Source: Cyanophyceae cyanobacterium (GTDB lineage Bacteria > Cyanobacteriota > Cyanobacteriia > Cyanobacteriales > Laspinemataceae). Taken from it: a stretch of 64,000 bases of DNA. Position 1 is the stretch's first letter. Every line of letters starts with the position of its first letter. A program made the position numbers and the translations under genes. Shown here in pieces: positions 62,495-64,000 of this stretch. The DNA lies in NCBI GenBank assembly GCA_038321985.1, contig JBBQFN010000002.1, positions 224,001-288,000 of the forward strand, given 5' to 3'. Below the pieces are notes generated by a model, which was not told where the DNA came from, did no database searches, and was given only the letters and a program-made list of their open reading frames with translations.

Positions 62495-63973
62495 ATGAGA
62501 ACCCGAGTCAATTCTATTTACTCCAATAAAAACAAGAGTCAATGCCTTATGAAATCTAAAAGAATTCTTTTTGCGTGGGTGGTAATGGGTTTGATGGCAG
62601 CAGTTGCCCCTCTAGCGGGACTTACATCGGCCGAAGCGACCTCACCAGGGTTAGGAGTAGCGTCTGCCACCCTGATTGCCAGAGGCGATCGCCAGTTGAA
62701 CCTAGATAACGTCCCGCGATCAGTACAGAGTGCGGTAATTAATGACCTTTCGCGCAATCAAAATATTCCGGAACGACAAATCCGGATTACTGAAGCAACT
62801 CGCCAAACTTGGCCTAATCCCTGTCTGGGTCTCCAGAGACCGGAGGAACTGTGTTCTCAAGTGCAAACCGAGGGATGGCGGATGGTTCTGACCGATGGTA
62901 GCGATCGCTGGGTGTATCGCACCAATGAAACAGGCCAAATCGTGCGGATAGAATCAGCCCCCCGAACTTCATCGACTGATTTACCGACTGATTTACCGCG
63001 ATCGGTATCGGATGCGGTCTTACAAGCAGTTTCCAGCCGGGCACGGATGTCGGCTAACAACTTTCGGATTGTAAAAACCGTGCGTCAGACCTGGCCGAAT
63101 GGCTGCCTCGGGGTTCCTCAAGCGATGTCGGTCTGTACGCAAGCACAGGTTGAAGGATGGGAAGTGACCGTGATCAGCGATCGCACTCAGGGTCAGCGTT
63201 GGATTTATCGCACAGATAATTCAGGTCGCACCGTTATTTTATCCGAAGCGTACGATGGTCGTTCCAGCTTACCACAATCGGTGGCTAATGCTGTCTTACA
63301 AGATGCGGCGAATCAGCAAGGTAAGTCCCTCAATCAATTTGAAATTATACAATCCCAGAGTCGAGTGTGGCCGGATAGCTGCCTGGGCCTCTCTAGCCCC
63401 AATCAGGTCTGTTCTCAAGGACAGGTTCCCGGGTGGCAAGTGACGGTTCGTCCTCGCCAAGGGTCGGGTCAACCCTGGGTTTATCATACCAATGCCTCAG
63501 GTGATGTACTCCGACTCAATCAAACGGGAACTACAGTGGCTCAAACTCCCGTTAATTCCACCCAAATTCCCGACAATGAAATGCCTCAACCGTTAACCGA
63601 GGGAATCATTTTTCGGTCTATTTCTAGTGGAGGAATTACCGGACAGACTTATGAAACGGTGTTGATGAATGATGGAACATTAATGCAGGTCTTACAAGGA
63701 CCCGGTAATGCCAATGATTCGGGGCGGCGAGTGGGGCGAATTTCACCCCGAGAAGTGCAGGAATTTCGACGGTTACTTTCCCAACAGAAATTTCAGCGCT
63801 ATAACCGTTTGAATTTCCCCCCATCAGGCGGTGCTGCGGATTATATAACCGTCACTCTTTCTAGCCGTTCAAGTACGACTCGCTATGCGGATCTGATTCA
63901 AGAACAACTTCCGTCTAATTTACAGACGGTGATTCAATCTTGGAATCAAATCGTTAGTCAAATTGGCCGGTAA
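62495..63973 (+). CDS. Exported protein with three Cys-containing repeats and a C-terminal domain
   Basis: Signal peptide from the probable start at about 62549, then three copies of P.SV..AV....WP..CLG......C.Q..V.GW.V....W.Y.T. Confidence 0.8.
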   Translation: MRTRVNSIYSNKNKSQCLMKSKRILFAWVVMGLMAAVAPLAGLTSAEATSPGLGVASATLIARGDRQLNLDNVPRSVQSAVINDLSRNQNIPERQIRITEATRQTWPNPCLGLQRPEELCSQVQTEGWRMVLTDGSDRWVYRTNETGQIVRIESAPRTSSTDLPTDLPRSVSDAVLQAVSSRARMSANNFRIVKTVRQTWPNGCLGVPQAMSVCTQAQVEGWEVTVISDRTQGQRWIYRTDNSGRTVILSEAYDGRSSLPQSVANAVLQDAANQQGKSLNQFEIIQSQSRVWPDSCLGLSSPNQVCSQGQVPGWQVTVRPRQGSGQPWVYHTNASGDVLRLNQTGTTVAQTPVNSTQIPDNEMPQPLTEGIIFRSISSGGITGQTYETVLMNDGTLMQVLQGPGNANDSGRRVGRISPREVQEFRRLLSQQKFQRYNRLNFPPSGGAADYITVTLSSRSSTTRYADLIQEQLPSNLQTVIQSWNQIVSQIGR

Positions 63974-64000
63974 AAGGTTGAAAATTATAGGGAATGAATC

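Noticed and set aside
1..64000. Frequent GCGATCGC octamer as a novel repeat
   Set aside because: This is the well-known cyanobacterial HIP1 sequence.

Overview
This window is from a filamentous cyanobacterial chromosome (Oscillatoriales-like; the HIP1 octamer GCGATCGC is very frequent). Most of it is core or typical content: a partial PerR/FurC, CRR6, acnB, lnt, gyrA, an NhaS5-type antiporter, gnd, ycf66, ctaCDE plus ctaAB with a linked ABC-2 transporter, and the egtCBD ergothioneine cluster. Signalling genes include a LOV-containing PAS/GAF-GGDEF-EAL protein, an MCP and a stand-alone HisKA protein. The main result is an accessory block at about 29.9-35.6 kb holding a decayed diversity-generating retroelement (DGR). 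An intact Ser/Thr kinase-FGE/CLec target gene (31509-33224) ends in a variable-region-like segment and is followed by a pyrimidine tract and a GGA-loop hairpin. Next comes a truncated avd that joins directly to an internal reverse transcriptase fragment missed by the ORF track (33563-33736). No template repeat is visible. A paralogous membrane-anchored pseudokinase follows, and a frameshifted PIN toxin with its DUF433 antitoxin plus two Uma2 genes flank the block. DGRs with kinase-CLec targets are a known cyanobacterial class. What is notable here is the collapsed engine beside an apparently intact target. I saw no tRNA, rRNA, CRISPR array or transposase. All family calls come from motif recognition by eye; no database search was run.
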